Positions 40,471 through 64,000 of a DNA stretch of 64,000 bases are shown piece after piece. Each line of letters starts with the position of its first letter. The first letter of the stretch is position 1. Position numbers and translations under genes: made by a program. This stretch comes from Tubiluchus corallicola (taxonomy: Eukaryota > Animalia > Priapulida), in NCBI GenBank assembly GCA_030141605.1, contig JAQGDQ010000318.1:207839-271838 (forward strand). The letters run 5' to 3'. The notes beneath the pieces are model-generated. The model did no database searches. It saw only the letters and a program-made list of their open reading frames with translations, and was not told the origin of the DNA.

Positions 40471-40620
40471 ATAATTAAATCCATTCCTGACCTTCATTCA
40501 GATAAGTAATCTTTATTGTTAGGGAGAGTATAGACTGTTATTGTCGCTCATAACTGTCATTCAAACGAGAGATTAGATAGCGGAGATTTCACTGGTACAT
40601 TTGAAAGTCACTGCCTTTTG

Positions 40621-40865
40621 AGACTGTCAATCCAACCTGTAATGTACTGTACAAACTGTCAAGTGTCCTGTGACTGTCAATCAGACTTGTAATGTACTAT
40701 ACAAACTGTCAATGTGTCCTGTGACTGTCAATCAGACTTGTAATGTACTATACAAACTGTCAATGTGCCTTGTGACTGTCAATCAGACTTGTAATGTACT
40801 GTACAAACTGTCAATGTGTCTTGTGACTGTCAATTAGACATGTAATACGCTGTACAGACTGTTAA
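40621..40865. repeat. 51-bp minisatellite, about 5 copies
   Basis: gactgtcaatcagacttgtaatgtactatacaaactgtcaatgtgtcctgt. Confidence 0.9.
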
Positions 40866-42091
40866 CATTACTAATTCTTTGCACTGTGTAATTACCTACA
40901 TTAGATTCAGACTACGTTTTCTGTAATCGAGATAATGCTATAAATGATTTTGCAAATCTAGTATGAATTCTTATTGTCATTTGCCTGTATATAAATAGTC
41001 TGTTGACGATGAAATTTTGCAACTCTCGTCACGTTTTCTATATGCTGTTTTGTTTTTATTTATGATTCTGCGTAATTGCATTAGTAATTATTTATTATAA
41101 TTGTATTGGCTGTTTTTCATTGTGATGCGTGTAGATTTTGTTACTATGCATTAAATACGTACGTTATCTTTTATTATGTATGTATGTAGTGATGAATTAT
41201 AATCTGCAACTATGTCTATTGTATATGATCATTGTTGTTCGTTGTGTCTCATGTGTTATATTCTAAATTATATATATGAGAATATGTTTAATACTCTGTA
41301 AATGCTTTTAGAAATTTTAAACATATCCCTACAAATAGAGGAAATGTATTTTGTACATAGTTTTAAAAATAAGGAATAATAATAATAAAAAAAAAAAAAA
41401 ATAATAATAATAATAATGATGATAATAATAATAATAATATGGTTTTCAGCAGTAATAATAATATTATTATTATTAATAATAATAATAATACCAACATGGC
41501 AGTTTAACAAGCTCATTACAAAATGTAATATTTATAATTTTATCGTAAAAAACAAAAATATTCCATGGTAACTCACTATACAGACTGCCAAACTTTGCGT
41601 CACTTAAATGTCACTTTTTGTCCACACTGTCAGCATTTGAATGACAGTGGTTTGTGTTTTTAGCAATAACAACATAGCAGTTTAACAAACTTAAAATTAC
41701 AAAGCAAAATAATTATAATACTATCGCTAACTGAAGACGACTCCCACAGAATTCACCTGATAGTTCCTACAAAATAATAAATTCAATTTTAATAACTTTA
41801 TTATACGGGTGAGAAATTAACTCCTAATTAACCACAATAGCTTTAACATCAATTAGGCAATAATTAACATAATTAATTTATGCAACTCGTTGCGTCTAGC
41901 ATTTAAACTATACTTTCTTGACTAGAGTCAGTTGATATGCGCCTCAGCTTTAGCTTAAAGAAAAATTATGTACACGTTCACGTTCACATACATAGTACGG
42001 TAATACAAAATCCGCACAGTAGTTAGAAGGGTGAGATCAAATGCAAATGCAGAAAAATGTATTCTCAATAAAACGCTCTCATCCTCATGTA

Positions 42092-42353
42092 AGGCAGGGA
42101 CGTCAAATGTACGTGTCTAACTTCACATCTCCTGGAATTGAACAAACACGTGTTGAGCCGTGCTAAAATACATTCCAACATTAAAGCAGGGACGTCAAAT
42201 GCACGTGTCTAACTGCACATCTCCTGGAATTGAACAAACACGTGTTGAGCCGTGCTAAAATACATTCCAACATTAAAGCAGGTACGTCAAATGCACGTGT
42301 CTAACTTCACATCTCCTGGAATTGAACAAACACGTGTTGAGCCGAGCTAAAAT
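42092..42353. repeat. 92-bp tandem repeat x3 in the presumed POLRMT 3' UTR
   Basis: Units start at 42092, 42184, 42276. Confidence 0.9.
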
Positions 42354-42445
42354 GTGTTCCACAAGTAAGGGAGGCTGATTTGCTTAACAATGTTTCTCTC
42401 GGCCAGTAACTAGCAGCTTTTTGAGACGGTCATTTCATCTTGACC

Positions 42446-62645
<20,200 letters not shown>

Positions 62646-63044
62646 GGCTATGGTGCAAATGGTACAATAAGTTATCGGTAAGGTAAGTTAACAAATGTAC
62701 ATGCACATATTTTACATACTTTATATAAAGTAACGAAAAAATGTCTATATTAAAGGGACTTGAACGAAATTTAATACGGTTGGCACCGCTTGATAGGCTC
62801 ACTTTGGGACGGAAGTGTTTTGACCGACTGAGTCAATTTGCCGAAGGGTTTAGCATATTGCTACTGTAGCAGTATGAGTCATCACTCATTACCTTAGTAC
62901 GCATTGGAAAGACTTTAAATGAATTTTAGAAACGAATTGTCAAGAATGCCTATGCGCTATTATTTAAGAAACATAATTTATATAAATGAATTAATAAAAA
63001 AGAAAAAAATCGCAAGAAACTGATTATTACTATTAAAAATCACA

Positions 63045-64000
63045 AGATAAAGAGAACACAAATAGTACTATTACTACTCACTACTGTGGGTCCGTCTAGG
63101 TGCGAGTCAATGAGGTGATACCAGATACAGAGTACACAAATAGTACTATTACTACTCACTACTGTGGGTCTGTCTAGGTGCAAGTCAATGAGGTAATACT
63201 TGATAAAGAGTACACAAATAGTACTATTACTACTCACTACTGTGGGTCCGTCTAGGTGCGAGTCAATGAGGTAATACTTGATAAAGAATACACAAATAGT
63301 ACTATTACTACTCACTACTGTGGGTCCGTCTAGGTGTGAGTCAATGAGGTGATACCAGATAAAGAGTACACAAATAGTATGATTACTACTCACGACTGTG
63401 GGTCCGTCTAGGTGTGAGTCAATAAGGTGATACCAGATAAAGAGTACACAAATAGTACTATTACTACTCACAACTGTGGGTCCGTCTAGGTGAGAGTCAA
63501 TGAGGTGATACCAGATAAAGAGTACACAAATAGTATGATTACTACTCACGACTGTGGGTCCGTCTAGGTGCGAGTCAATAAGGTGATACCAGATAAAGAG
63601 TACACAAATAGTACTATTACTACTCACAACTGTGGGTCCGTCTAGGTGAGAGTCAATGAGGTGATACCAGATAAAGAGTACACAAATAGTATGATTACTA
63701 CTCACGACTGTGGGTCCGTCTAGGTGTGAGTCAATAAGGTGATACCAGATAAAGAGTACACAAATAGTACTATTACTACTCACGACTGTGGGTCCGTCTA
63801 GGTGCGAGTCAATGAGGTGATACCAGATAAAGAGTACACAAATAGTACTATTACTACTCACGACTGTGGGTCCGTCTAGGTGCGAGTCAATAAGGTGATA
63901 CCAGATAAAGAGTACACAAATAGTACTATTACTACTCACAACTGTGGGTCCGTCTAGGTGAGAGTCAATGAGGTGATACCAGATAAAGAGTACACAAATA
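63045..64000 (-). repeat. 78-bp tandem array (12+ copies, runs off window) of putative POLRMT exon end + GTGAGT donor
   Basis: actcac every 78 nt from 63076 to 63934; unit reads WYHLIDSHLDGPTV|gtgagt. Confidence 0.92.

Overview
AT-rich, repeat-dense nuclear DNA of an invertebrate animal (TTAGG-like tracts and the POLRMT sequence hint at an arthropod; not proven). Two spliced genes, both on the minus strand, were rebuilt by hand from GT-AG boundaries with consistent phase. (1) The 3' 17 coding exons (about 669 aa) of mitochondrial RNA polymerase POLRMT, 62195 to stop at 42446; its 5' exons lie beyond the window. (2) A 7-exon espin/forked-like ankyrin-repeat gene, 36052 to 13550, about 369 aa. 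Also present: one intact solitary 5S rRNA gene, a truncated decayed LINE, several MITE families (TTAA/Kolobok-like, Tigger-like, Harbinger-like, hAT-like, Helitron-like) and about 20 mini/microsatellite arrays. The most unusual signal is that several intronic tandem arrays are amplified copies of POLRMT's own exon-intron junctions: 12+ donor copies at 63040-64000, and 4 acceptor plus 10 donor copies around one exon at 47690-48700. Most entries in the supplied ORF track are simple-repeat artefacts. Protein identities rest on recalled family motifs, not database searches.
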